Source of the DNA: a virus
DNA length: 64,000 nucleotides
Virus record (IMG/VR): IMGVR_UViG_3300017971_000207
Location: 64,001-128,000 of that record
Reading direction: 5' to 3' (one strand)
The position numbers and the translations under genes were made by a program. Positions 28,218-37,367 of the stretch are shown here, one piece after another. Position 1 is the first letter of the stretch. Every line of letters begins with the position of its first letter. Under the pieces are notes generated by a model. The model made no database searches, had not been told where the DNA came from, and worked only from the letters and a program-made list of their open reading frames with translations.

Positions 28218-31200
28218 CTATCTTATCGGACAGCTTCCGCTAGCGCACGCCTCCTCAATCTCCATCTCACCGCCGTTGACCAGCGGGTGGTCGTGGTCGA
28301 TGTTGGAGGCTAGACGCTCAAAGGTCTCGCGGTCTATCGCCTCGTAGGGAGGCTGGGCGTAGCCATGAGCCTTGGGCAAGCAGGTGGTGCTCTTAAGCCG
28401 CGGCACAAACTCCCCGAGAAGAGCGGCAAGCTCCTCCTGCTCCGTATCGGCGTCAAAGGTGATAGTGGCACTGACGGCATTATCTGCCCAGTGCTCCTGT
28501 ACGGCCGCCTGCCGTTCAAACTGCTGGCGCAGCGTCTGCGTCTGCGCAGTCACGCGCCCCGCGGGCGTCGACTCTGCGAAGCTGAACACGATCGTGTTCC
28601 CTGTCTGGTCGTACACATCAAGCTCGTGCGGAACGCCAGCCTCCATAAGGGCGCCGGCTAGGTTGTCCGCAATGTCCAAGCGAACACGGCGGATGTAGTG
28701 GCGCGCGAAGGGGGCGTGGATGCCTGGCGAGCTGCGGCTTAGCAACGATATGGTGCCGCTAGGCTTAACGGTGGTAACGGTCTTGGGGATAGCTGTGCCT
28801 AGCTCAATGGCGTAGCGCGTAGCCTCCCTGCGACATGCTCCGTACCACGCATCGAGCTGTGCTGGCGTCCAGTCGAAGTCGCAGATACCCCCCAGCCCTA
28901 CTCCTAGCCTCATGTTCTGCTGCTGCACCGCGTTCGAGATGGGGTCCGTCAGCTTAGACAGTCGATTGCGAAAGCAGTAGCGCGTGACAAGGCGAAACAC
29001 CTCGTCAGCGTCAGTCGTATCGTGGAACCGTGAGGGGAACACCTCGGACAGGTTGCACGCCTCACGGTTGTACAGCGGCAGCTCGCCACAGTTGCCCGTC
29101 GCTACGCCGTCTGCAATGAAGGTCTCGTGCGTCGGCTGCTTGAGGCAGAACACCGGCTCGTGTCCGATAGGCTCGATGCTCACGATCTCCGTGGTGAACC
29201 GCTCCGCATAGGGTCCCCTCTTCCACGAGCTGCGCCAGCTTAGATAGCGATCCTCCATATCCTCTCGGAGGAATCCGAGCTGCTCATAGAAACGGACCGC
29301 GTTGGCCTTTGAGACAACAAGGTCGTACTGCGTCTTGCACCAGTAGTCAGCAAGGTCCCCCTTACCATCAGGCAGACGGCGATAGCCTGCGTCTCGCCGC
29401 TTGTAGACGGACGACACGATGCCGAAGTTTAGGAGCAGCGTTTGAACATCACGGAGAAGAGCTGGGTTGCTCTGCGACAGACGGACGGAGAAGGTCTGCT
29501 TTTCGGCTGTCCAGTTTATCTGACCGTCTGTTGCGAAGAGGCCGCGGAGGTAGCCGCGGACGCACTTTTTGGTCCCGCGCCACACCACCTCTGGCACAGA
29601 GCCCTTCTCACGATAGCCTACCTCAGCCAGGGCACGGCTTAGCAGCGAGCTGCAGATGTCCTCGTAGCGATCATACACTTGACAACCGAAGCGCTTCAGG
29701 TGCCCGTTACGCGGCGCTACGGAGGCCGCTACCTCGTGGCACCACGCTAGATATTGCCCGGACATCTTGCGCTTGGCGTCCCAGAAGAATAGATGAGCGC
29801 GCTTGCCGTCCTCGCTCCAACAGCCGTCACCTTCGAGCCACCCAATAACATGCCCGAGAGCCTCGCTGCCGTCCGCCCCCCACAAACCCTCGCCGGATTG
29901 AAGTAGCAAGGTATCTCCAGGAGACAGGTCCTTAAGCTCCACAAAACCGTCGGGGGTCGGGAAGCGGTGATACGCCGTAGCCTTGATCTCGTTACCGTGC
30001 CGGGTCCGCATCCGGTAGACCTTCTCGGAGGCGCTTGTCTGGAAAGCCGCCTCCGCCTCGCGATGCACCGCTCCAGGCGAGACGTTCGTACGGTCCGTGC
30101 CGACACGAGCGTCGGTGGTGACCTGGAAAGCTTTGGCGTCCTTGAGATCTCGGATGGGTATTAAGCCCCATTGCGTGACGACACGGGTGTCGCCGGTGAG
30201 GCAGGGGTTGATCCCAACGATACCGGGGTCCGTCTCACGACATAGAGGGAGGTTGAACACACCAGGCTCGCCACCAGGCTCCGCAACGATGTCCGAAACG
30301 AGCTGGCGCCAGTCAAACCCCTCCAGCTCCTCCCTGCTTTGGAAGGCCAACGAGTTGTTGCTGGTGTGCCGATGCAAGGTTACCAGGCTCAGGTCCTTCT
30401 TCGCATTCCGGAAGGCTTGGTCGGTCGGGCTCCCCAAGGTCATCAAGGCGGAGTTGTGGACGAGCAAGCCGTTGCAGACAAACTCCTCAGCACCAGCTAC
30501 CTCGATATCGTAGGTGTCCGCGGTCTCGTCCGTCTCGGTCACGTCCTGCACACAGATGGGCACGAGACCCTGAGCTTCTCCGCCCAGCTCTTCGTAAAGC
30601 GGGAAGACCATCTGTTTGCTGGTTGAATCCCACCGACCTTTCCAGAAGGTGGTGCTGTGTTCTGCGCGCACCATCTCGGAGGGGTAGCCGTAGTCACACT
30701 GAGACACCGCGCTTACACGGACGCGCTTGGTCGCGTGGGGCTGCACTAGCTCCAGAAAGCGGGCCGTCGCGGTCCGTCCCACCAGATTGAGGTGGTACAT
30801 AGGCTGCCAAGACCCTCTAGCAGAGCGATTAAGCTTCAACCTCGTCGGTATTCCCAGGCTCGCGTAGACCGCCTGCACCTGCTCCAGGAAGGAGGGGTAC
30901 ACCGAGGCGCAGAGAACCACGGGGCGATTGCGTGCTGCACCGTCCGCATCTAGGAGGCCCGCCAGGTAGGAGGCTCGAACATGGGGGAGCCCCTCCAAGA
31001 TGAACGACGGCACGTTAAGAGGCTGACGGGGTTTCTTCAGATTATCGTCCAGGTACCAGGCTAGCTGCTTGGACTGTGCTCGTATCCTTAGACAGTCGTC
31101 GAGGGCTCGTGGGGGGCGCTCGTTGAGCCGGACCCCGTAGCGCGTCAATTGCTCACGGCATCTGTTTGCTATTGCGTTGTGATAGCCGTCGTTAGCAACT

Positions 31201-33401
31201 ACCACAGAAACATAGGCGTTGAACCCGTCGTCGCGTCGGTTGGCCCTGGTGTAGCCGTCTCCCTGAAAGTAGCCAAGAAACCAAGCGCTCTGCTCATCTA
31301 ACCGCGGAACGGTTATATCGACGCACGTCGTAGAGTGTTTCGGCTTGTCGTAGGACCACGAGGGCAGCTCAGTAGGACGCCCTGGTAGAATGGCGTCGAC
31401 AAACACCATACGGTCCCCTGGCTCCAGCTCTTTAGCCTCTTTGAACTCGTAGCGGCCGGGGGCTGTGAGGACGGCCACTCGATGGTTTCCGGTACAACGA
31501 AAGACGCCCATTTGCGTGGTCAGCTCGTAAAGAGCCTGAACGCCCTGGTGTACGTGCTCCGAGACCTTAGCAAACTTCGAGCCCCCTGTGAGAACCTCAT
31601 CGCCTACCGCAACGGCCTCGATAGGCTTCAGCCCGTTCTTGGTGTGAACCAAGGAGCCTTCGGGGAGACAGCGACGCACGTTGCCTGCCTTCACGCATAG
31701 CCCGATGTAGTTGGTGACATCCAGGCAGTCGATCGAACTAAGCCTCCGACCCCGAGCTCGACGGACAACCTCCCAGCAGGACCTCAGCATATGAGTTAGC
31801 GGGCCAGGGCCGCCGGCCACTCCGCCAAAGGTCCGGATGGGTGTACCTCGCGGGCGCACGCGGGACACGTCAATGACCACATCAACCCCCTGGAAGGCTG
31901 AGAGCAGCACCTCACCTAACGCCTTCATCCAGCCCTCACGTGAGTCCTCTACATCGTAACGGTGTGTGCTCCCGTTGAGCATCTCTCCGCTGTACTTCGA
32001 CACCTCGGTGTAGTTGGGGTGGTCCAGCCGACACTCGATGAACAGACGCGGGTTGCCTGGGGCAACAGGAGGGAGTGCCCCAATGTTATCGAGCCCTACA
32101 CCAACGCCTCCGCCAAGCATGAGCTGCTCAGACGTCCACACCCAGTCGTCCACGCCGGACAGCTGCACAAACCAGCAGTTGCCCGTTACTACGCCCCCCT
32201 CCAAGGTAAAGCTACCTGTCTCGGGCTCGGTAACGCAGAAGACCTCCTCTTCTTGTCCCTCATCCACGATCTCTCGCACGGTGTAGCGGGTAGGCTCGGG
32301 AACGACTGTAAGAATCTCCAGGCGTCCTGAGCGTATACCGTAGTTTGTCTCAGTGCTTGGATCCGTTGACCTACCAGTAACGCAGTATCCTAACAGTGGC
32401 GCACGCTCAGCCACCCAGTCCAACGCAGCGCTGTTCTGGGAGGACAGGCGATTGCTGGGCTTCCCCGGTCTAAGAGAGCCATCAGCTGCTAAGAGTCCGG
32501 CGAGAAAACCGGCCTGGTAAACAGTATCCAACCTGGTTGGGGGCAGGCTCTTGAGATCCTCCACAGACTTAAAGAACAGCACAGGCTCTCCATCCTGAGA
32601 AGGCGGCGTGCACGTGTACGAGAAGAAGCTAGCCCTCTCCAACCGCTCTCTGTGAGCAACCTTCTTACCGCACAACCGTAGCCTAAACGTGCTGAGCTTG
32701 AGCGTCTCACGGCTCCCATCTCCAAAGATGAGCCCATGAGCAAACCCATCGTTGAACGTCTTGGGGTCGCATCCTTCAAGCTCTTTTGCGCAAGCGGGTG
32801 TTACTAGGATCTGGTCACCCACCCGGAGGTCTGTGACCTCCCCGCGGTTCGAGGTGAACCAACGGTGCTCGGCTGTAGCTGTGAACTCAAAAGCGAAGCT
32901 GGACCTTAGCCCTGTAGGCTTCATGCGATAGCGGAGGAGCCGTTGCCTACCAAAGGACCTAACCTTTGCTGGACGCCATTGCCCATCCTTGGTCAACACC
33001 TCTACGGTTTCTCCTACCGCCTCCTCCAAGGTTGCAAGAACACCGTTGGCCCAGAAGCGAGTACCTCCCGAAAAGCAGTTGAACCGAGCGTTAGCAGGGA
33101 TGCCTGGCACACCACCGGTCCATAGCCCGCGACCGGGGGGCAACGCCTGGCAGGTCCAGAAGAGCTCAAACAGCCGCTCAGCCTCGGCGCGGCAGGGGCT
33201 TGGAGCCAAGGACACATTACCCTCCACCACGCGGCGGATAGTGTCGGTCCACGACTCCTCGTTGCGGCAGTACTTCGTTAGGTAGGTGCTACGGGAGAGT
33301 ATGCTCTCGAACGGGTCGCGGGCCCTCCTGTATGGCTCCAGGAAACGCTCCTGAAGCCGAAATTCCTGCGTCTCACGGGCCTTGACGACGATCTGCTGCA
33401 T
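28218..33401 (-). CDS. nrdJ: Class II (B12-dependent) ribonucleotide reductase with three inteins
   Basis: PPGRGLW, FN|C, GGGVG, GNVRR|SA, NP|CGE, TTVKPSGTIS, C-terminal CASGSCPIR. No adjacent nrdB. GGAG RBS before ATG 33401. Confidence 0.93.
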   Translation of the reverse strand: MQQIVVKARETQEFRLQERFLEPYRRARDPFESILSRSTYLTKYCRNEESWTDTIRRVVEGNVSLAPSPCRAEAERLFELFWTCQALPPGRGLWTGGVPGIPANARFNCFSGGTRFWANGVLATLEEAVGETVEVLTKDGQWRPAKVRSFGRQRLLRYRMKPTGLRSSFAFEFTATAEHRWFTSNRGEVTDLRVGDQILVTPACAKELEGCDPKTFNDGFAHGLIFGDGSRETLKLSTFRLRLCGKKVAHRERLERASFFSYTCTPPSQDGEPVLFFKSVEDLKSLPPTRLDTVYQAGFLAGLLAADGSLRPGKPSNRLSSQNSAALDWVAERAPLLGYCVTGRSTDPSTETNYGIRSGRLEILTVVPEPTRYTVREIVDEGQEEEVFCVTEPETGSFTLEGGVVTGNCWFVQLSGVDDWVWTSEQLMLGGGVGVGLDNIGALPPVAPGNPRLFIECRLDHPNYTEVSKYSGEMLNGSTHRYDVEDSREGWMKALGEVLLSAFQGVDVVIDVSRVRPRGTPIRTFGGVAGGPGPLTHMLRSCWEVVRRARGRRLSSIDCLDVTNYIGLCVKAGNVRRCLPEGSLVHTKNGLKPIEAVAVGDEVLTGGSKFAKVSEHVHQGVQALYELTTQMGVFRCTGNHRVAVLTAPGRYEFKEAKELEPGDRMVFVDAILPGRPTELPSWSYDKPKHSTTCVDITVPRLDEQSAWFLGYFQGDGYTRANRRDDGFNAYVSVVVANDGYHNAIANRCREQLTRYGVRLNERPPRALDDCLRIRAQSKQLAWYLDDNLKKPRQPLNVPSFILEGLPHVRASYLAGLLDADGAARNRPVVLCASVYPSFLEQVQAVYASLGIPTRLKLNRSARGSWQPMYHLNLVGRTATARFLELVQPHATKRVRVSAVSQCDYGYPSEMVRAEHSTTFWKGRWDSTSKQMVFPLYEELGGEAQGLVPICVQDVTETDETADTYDIEVAGAEEFVCNGLLVHNSALMTLGSPTDQAFRNAKKDLSLVTLHRHTSNNSLAFQSREELEGFDWRQLVSDIVAEPGGEPGVFNLPLCRETDPGIVGINPCLTGDTRVVTQWGLIPIRDLKDAKAFQVTTDARVGTDRTNVSPGAVHREAEAAFQTSASEKVYRMRTRHGNEIKATAYHRFPTPDGFVELKDLSPGDTLLLQSGEGLWGADGSEALGHVIGWLEGDGCWSEDGKRAHLFFWDAKRKMSGQYLAWCHEVAASVAPRNGHLKRFGCQVYDRYEDICSSLLSRALAEVGYREKGSVPEVVWRGTKKCVRGYLRGLFATDGQINWTAEKQTFSVRLSQSNPALLRDVQTLLLNFGIVSSVYKRRDAGYRRLPDGKGDLADYWCKTQYDLVVSKANAVRFYEQLGFLREDMEDRYLSWRSSWKRGPYAERFTTEIVSIEPIGHEPVFCLKQPTHETFIADGVATGNCGELPLYNREACNLSEVFPSRFHDTTDADEVFRLVTRYCFRNRLSKLTDPISNAVQQQNMRLGVGLGGICDFDWTPAQLDAWYGACRREATRYAIELGTAIPKTVTTVKPSGTISLLSRSSPGIHAPFARHYIRRVRLDIADNLAGALMEAGVPHELDVYDQTGNTIVFSFAESTPAGRVTAQTQTLRQQFERQAAVQEHWADNAVSATITFDADTEQEELAALLGEFVPRLKSTTCLPKAHGYAQPPYEAIDRETFERLASNIDHDHPLVNGGEMEIEEACASGSCPIR
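29091..30203 (-). mobile_element. Intein (371 aa, LAGLIDADG, ends GN)
   Basis: CLTGDT...TAYH...IGWLEGDG...LRGLFATDG...ADGVATGN|C (the +1 residue is the thiyl-radical Cys). Confidence 0.93.
30453..31670 (-). mobile_element. Intein (406 aa, LAGLIDADG)
   Basis: CLPEGS...TGNH...LGYFQGDG...LAGLLDADG...NGLLVHN|S. Confidence 0.94.
32178..33077 (-). mobile_element. Intein (300 aa, LAGLIDADG, ends GN)
   Basis: CFSGGT...TAEH...HGLIFGDG...AGLLAADG...GGVVTGN|C. Confidence 0.92.
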
Positions 33402-33465
33402 AGCTTCTCCACGCGCACGCTTGCCCGCCAAGAGGCCCGCGCCTCCTGCGGGTCTTTTTGGTTAA

Positions 33466-34035
33466 TCACGAGGTGAGGAGGTCTCGGACCTCCGCCTCTA
33501 AGCTCTCCACGACTCCCAGCTTGGGAGGATCGTCCGAGAGCTTAAACCGGACCTGCAGCAGGTCATCCTGGCTGTCTCCTCCCCATAAAGTGGTCGAGTC
33601 CACCGTCCCCACGATGGGCTCATCAAGCGTTATCTCATAAGGCGTGGGGCTGTAGGATAGCGTGATGTGCGGCTGATAGTCCGGGAACTTCTTCGAGAAC
33701 GGGACACCCCCGGCATCGAAGGCGCGCGCCAACTGCGCGCGCAGCTTCATAAGCGCAGGGCTGAGCACCTTAGCGATTATTGGGTGTCCGGGCTTGTCGT
33801 CCGGGTTCTCAGGGAAGTAGGACACCTCCCTGACCACTACCTCGAACGGCGGTGTGCGGTCCATGATGGGGGCCGCAATCTCTATCGCGCCACCCAACGT
33901 GTGCAAAGGCACTCCCTTGCCGAGGTAGAGCATCGTGATGTGGTGGCTGTTTGCCCCCACATGCTCCCCAGGACAGCCGATACTTCTAAGGCGCTCACTG
34001 AGCGCGGGTGACATGGCTACCCCTAAAAACGACAT
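33466..34035 (-). CDS. 2H phosphoesterase
   Basis: Two HxT motifs: HITMLYLG and PHITLSY. Confidence 0.88.
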   Translation of the reverse strand: MSFLGVAMSPALSERLRSIGCPGEHVGANSHHITMLYLGKGVPLHTLGGAIEIAAPIMDRTPPFEVVVREVSYFPENPDDKPGHPIIAKVLSPALMKLRAQLARAFDAGGVPFSKKFPDYQPHITLSYSPTPYEITLDEPIVGTVDSTTLWGGDSQDDLLQVRFKLSDDPPKLGVVESLEAEVRDLLTS

Positions 34036-34207
34036 CCCTTGGTTCTACCACGATTCGAGGCTAGTTAGCATCTTTACGACACAGCCCTTAGACGGCCTCT
34101 AATCATCTCCAGCAGATAGCCCCTGATGGCGTTTCTGAAGCGAGCTGATGTCGTCCGAAAGCCCCGTATAATCCTGCATCAGCGAGCACGGGGCCACACC
34201 CGCCTCT

Positions 34208-34870
34208 CTAGTCTACCTTGAAAGGGCGGAAGCTCCGCCGGTGTATCTCGCACGGCCCCAGCCGCTCAATCGCGTCCATGTGGGCCTTAACGCCGTAACC
34301 CTTGTGGGCTGCGAAGCCGTAACCCTTGTAGGTATCAGACAGCTCAACCATGAGCCGGTCTCGAACCACCTTCGCGAACACGCTAGCCAAGGAGACCGCA
34401 GGCACCAGCCTGTCGGCGCGCGGAAGACAGACAACCTCAGCTACGTCCGGCTTGCCTATAGCGGGAAGCCTCATCCCATCGACCACAACAAAAGGGGGAT
34501 AGGCCAGCCGGTAAAATGTGGCGCGGATAGCCTCGGCTTGGGCGTCCGCCTGCGCTGCATCAATGTCTCCCTTGTCAATCTCGGCCGCGCTCACCTCCCC
34601 GATACCCACGACCACGTGGTCGTCATCCTTTAAGCTCTCAAAGAGCTGCTCTCGCCGCGCGGGGCTGAGCCGCTTGGAGTCGGTTAAAAGCTTGGGGGGC
34701 TTCCAGTCAATCGAGACCGCTGCTGCAGCCGCTACAATCGGCCCTGCTAAAGCTCCACGCCCCACCTCATCCACTCCCACGATGGTTCCCGGACGGAGGA
34801 GCTTTAGCAGCGCAGCTAACATCGCGAGGTTTTGCTGGTCAACCTCTTCTTTGCTCAGCGTATCAGTCAT
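34208..34870 (-). CDS. rnhB: Ribonuclease HII
   Basis: GVDEVGRGALAGP, DSKRL, VDG, AKVVRD, HKGYG, HRRSF. Confidence 0.95.
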   Translation of the reverse strand: MTDTLSKEEVDQQNLAMLAALLKLLRPGTIVGVDEVGRGALAGPIVAAAAAVSIDWKPPKLLTDSKRLSPARREQLFESLKDDDHVVVGIGEVSAAEIDKGDIDAAQADAQAEAIRATFYRLAYPPFVVVDGMRLPAIGKPDVAEVVCLPRADRLVPAVSLASVFAKVVRDRLMVELSDTYKGYGFAAHKGYGVKAHMDAIERLGPCEIHRRSFRPFKVD

Positions 34871-35717
34871 GCTTGCCCCCCAATAGGGGCGCTGCAGCAA
34901 TGCCCGAGACTAGACCTCTGCCTGCCACGCCAATCGCCGACGGCACCCACCCACACCCCTTGACGAAAGCCTCCGCTGCCTCCCGCGTTTGACCTTGCTC
35001 CGAGTAGCACTTAGGAGAGCCGTCGCCATAGACCCCATGGGTAGACCAATCCTTGTCGGATCCCTTGGGTTCGCAGAGCCAGTCTATGAGCGCCTCCGCA
35101 GTTGCAAAGACCGGGCTGCAGGGGCTCCCCTCCGAGACCGTCTCCCAGACCTGCCATCCTGGACCCGCTGGGGGTGGTGTGGGCTCCCACGCATCGTAAT
35201 CGTCCTGAGCGTCGGGGTGCATCGCCGAGCCCTTACAGACCGGACAGACGCCCCAGGAGTCCGGGTCTTGCCCCGCCAGCTCCAAGAGCCTCTGAGCAAG
35301 CCGCCATCGCGCTGAGCCGCCAAAACCAAAGGGACCATCCAGCTCTGTCTCGGACAGCTTCTCCACTAAGGTGAGAAACTCCGGGGAGGGAGGCAAGACC
35401 TTGGGGCGGCGCACCCACCCAAGGCGCCCGTCCGGCGCACGGGTGATCTCCCCTTTAGCTGTAGGGGCCAACGCAAACTCTTGCAGATAGGGGTGGGGGT
35501 AGCTCTGAGTGCGGCGGTCCATGACCGCCGCTTGCTCTCCCACCAGTGTGATGAATTGGCAGATAGATTCGAGCCATGCCCCCGCCGTGGTACGACCATT
35601 AACACACTCGTCTGGGGCCTTTGGGCACGGGCGTCCATGCGGGTTGAGGTAGCCCTCCCACACCTCCCCCCATTTGCCGTCAAAGTCTAACACCACTCGC
35701 TTGATCTCTCGTCCCAT
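34863..35717 (-). CDS. Phage hypothetical protein with CxxCxG motif
   Basis: MGREIKRV...CPVCKGS...PPAGPGWQVWETVSEGSPCSPVF. Confidence 0.65.
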   Translation of the reverse strand: MGREIKRVVLDFDGKWGEVWEGYLNPHGRPCPKAPDECVNGRTTAGAWLESICQFITLVGEQAAVMDRRTQSYPHPYLQEFALAPTAKGEITRAPDGRLGWVRRPKVLPPSPEFLTLVEKLSETELDGPFGFGGSARWRLAQRLLELAGQDPDSWGVCPVCKGSAMHPDAQDDYDAWEPTPPPAGPGWQVWETVSEGSPCSPVFATAEALIDWLCEPKGSDKDWSTHGVYGDGSPKCYSEQGQTREAAEAFVKGCGWVPSAIGVAGRGLVSGIAAAPLLGGKHD

Positions 35718-35739
35718 CTTAATCCTCCGTCCACACAGC

Positions 35740-35991
35740 TCAGTCCCGCTCCACAAAGACCCCCGGTCGAACCTCCTGGTAGCGTCTCTGCCGAGGCTTG
35801 AGAAAGCTCTGCATGATGCTTGCCCAGACCTTACTGTCCTTGAAATCCGTTCCCTTGGGATATCGCCCGAGATGGGTAAGGAACGGCTCGTGATCTCCTA
35901 TCCCCAGCCTGTTCAGGATTCGAAGGCAACGCATGCGATGAAAGCCGGTAACCTCCTTCATCCGGACAGAGATATCATACAGCTCCGCCAT
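35740..35991 (-). CDS. Hypothetical protein
   Basis: Operonic ORF with a GAGG RBS. Confidence 0.5.
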   Translation of the reverse strand: MAELYDISVRMKEVTGFHRMRCLRILNRLGIGDHEPFLTHLGRYPKGTDFKDSKVWASIMQSFLKPRQRRYQEVRPGVFVERD

Positions 35992-36280
35992 CCTCTCCCT
36001 CCTTACCGCCGTACTCCGCCGAGAACGCCTCCTCTAGCGCCGCAATCGCTCCATGCACCTCGGGCCCCAGCTGGGCCTGGTAGGGCTGTAGAACGTCAAG
36101 GAGACCCTCTGCTGCCCGCGCTATCGGGCAGGGCTCGGCCGCGAGCTCCGCTAGCTCCGCGACATCTACCAGCATCGCGCGAAGCGACTCAATCCTCTCG
36201 GCAGAGGGCAGAAGCGAGGCAGGCTCGCGCAGCCTCGCTAAGATTGATTTGACCAGCTGGTGTCGACGTAATGCTCCCAC
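35975..36280 (-). CDS. Hypothetical protein
   Basis: Operonic ORF. Confidence 0.5.
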   Translation of the reverse strand: MGALRRHQLVKSILARLREPASLLPSAERIESLRAMLVDVAELAELAAEPCPIARAAEGLLDVLQPYQAQLGPEVHGAIAALEEAFSAEYGGKEGEDGGAV

Positions 36281-36906
36281 CGCTCGTCCTCCTCGGGCAC
36301 CGGCCCAGGCTCGGTTAGAAAGCGCTCGTACTCCTCAACAAACCATTCCTGCTGCGGGGTTTGGATAGTGCCCTTGCGCGAGGCTCGCGTCTCCGCGATG
36401 GCATCCGCAGCGGACATACCCATCAGGATGAGGCAGCAGGCAACGACGAGGCCCGTGCGGCCTAAGCCTCCGCGGCAGTGCACAACGATATTCTCGCCAT
36501 GCTCCAGCCGCTTCACGAGCTCCCGGACGAGCTCGTGAAGGCTCGCCATCGAATGCGGGACGCTCACGTCGGGGAAGGGGTAGTAGATCGAGGCCATCCC
36601 CGCATGGCCAACCTCATAAAGCAGGTCGGGAATCTGCAAGAGCTTGAGCTCATGCCACTCCACCAGGGGGACAAGCACATCCACCTTGTGGTGACGAGCA
36701 AGAACCCCCACATCTGCCGGCAGGTTGCGGTCCCATATAGCGGTCAGCCCCCCCTCGTCCTTCTTGCCCGGCGCGAAGGTCATCCCAAGACGGCCCGGAA
36801 GGCCCGTCTCGACCCAGTCAACTAGGATCGGGTGGGAGATGCTGGTGCGGCGCTGTCCCGGCGGTTGGGGCTTAGCTTTCATCATCTTTGCTGCGTTCTT
36901 GGTCAT
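36238..36906 (-). CDS. Dual-specificity/Tyr phosphatase (CDKN3-like)
   Basis: HCRGGLGRTG P-loop, FPD acid loop, IQT..Q. Confidence 0.9.
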   Translation of the reverse strand: MTKNAAKMMKAKPQPPGQRRTSISHPILVDWVETGLPGRLGMTFAPGKKDEGGLTAIWDRNLPADVGVLARHHKVDVLVPLVEWHELKLLQIPDLLYEVGHAGMASIYYPFPDVSVPHSMASLHELVRELVKRLEHGENIVVHCRGGLGRTGLVVACCLILMGMSAADAIAETRASRKGTIQTPQQEWFVEEYERFLTEPGPVPEEDERWEHYVDTSWSNQS

Positions 36907-36948
36907 GATCTCTCCCTGTTATCAGTGTATAACATGGCGAGGGTATTG

Positions 36949-37173
36949 TCAAGGGATGACCGCTCCGCCGTCCGGGAGGTTCTCCACAGAAGCCTCTGAA
37001 AGGCTCTTAATCTGGACAGACCTAGGGGAGCCCCTACAGCCTCGACAAAGCTTTGGCGGCACTGTGCCGGCATACAGGCGCCCGCAGCACCGAGCGATGT
37101 ACGTAGGGGTACCCTGGTCCAGAAAGGGCTTTACGAGGCGGCTAAGAGCTTCCTGTAGCTGGTCATCATTCAT
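36949..37173 (-). CDS. Small Zn-ribbon protein
   Basis: CCG...CRGC. Confidence 0.5.
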   Translation of the reverse strand: MNDDQLQEALSRLVKPFLDQGTPTYIARCCGRLYAGTVPPKLCRGCRGSPRSVQIKSLSEASVENLPDGGAVIP

Positions 37174-37363
37174 GGGGGACTCCGAGCTTCTGCTCTATCT
37201 GAGCTTGCTCCAGAACGTTCGCGGCCAGCTTCTCCTCCAGCTGAGCTTGCTGCGCACGCAGCTTGCGCAGCCGAAGAAGAAGCTTACGCTCGGCCGGGGA
37301 GGCGCGCTGGAGCCGCACCTCCTCGGGGTCATACTCTGCACCACAGGTCGAGCACAGCATAGG
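37166..37363 (-). CDS. Small Zn-ribbon/coiled-coil protein
   Basis: MLCSTCG followed by a coiled coil; start uncertain. Confidence 0.45.
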   Translation of the reverse strand, partial: PMLCSTCGAEYDPEEVRLQRASPAERKLLLRLRKLRAQQAQLEEKLAANVLEQAQIEQKLGVPHE

Positions 37364-37367
37364 TAAC

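Noticed and set aside
28334-33285. Numerous 60-180 aa antisense or alternate-frame ORFs inside nrdJ and other long genes
   Set aside because: Expected shadow ORFs in GC-rich DNA with no motifs or RBS, unlike the nested ORF at 16657-17529.
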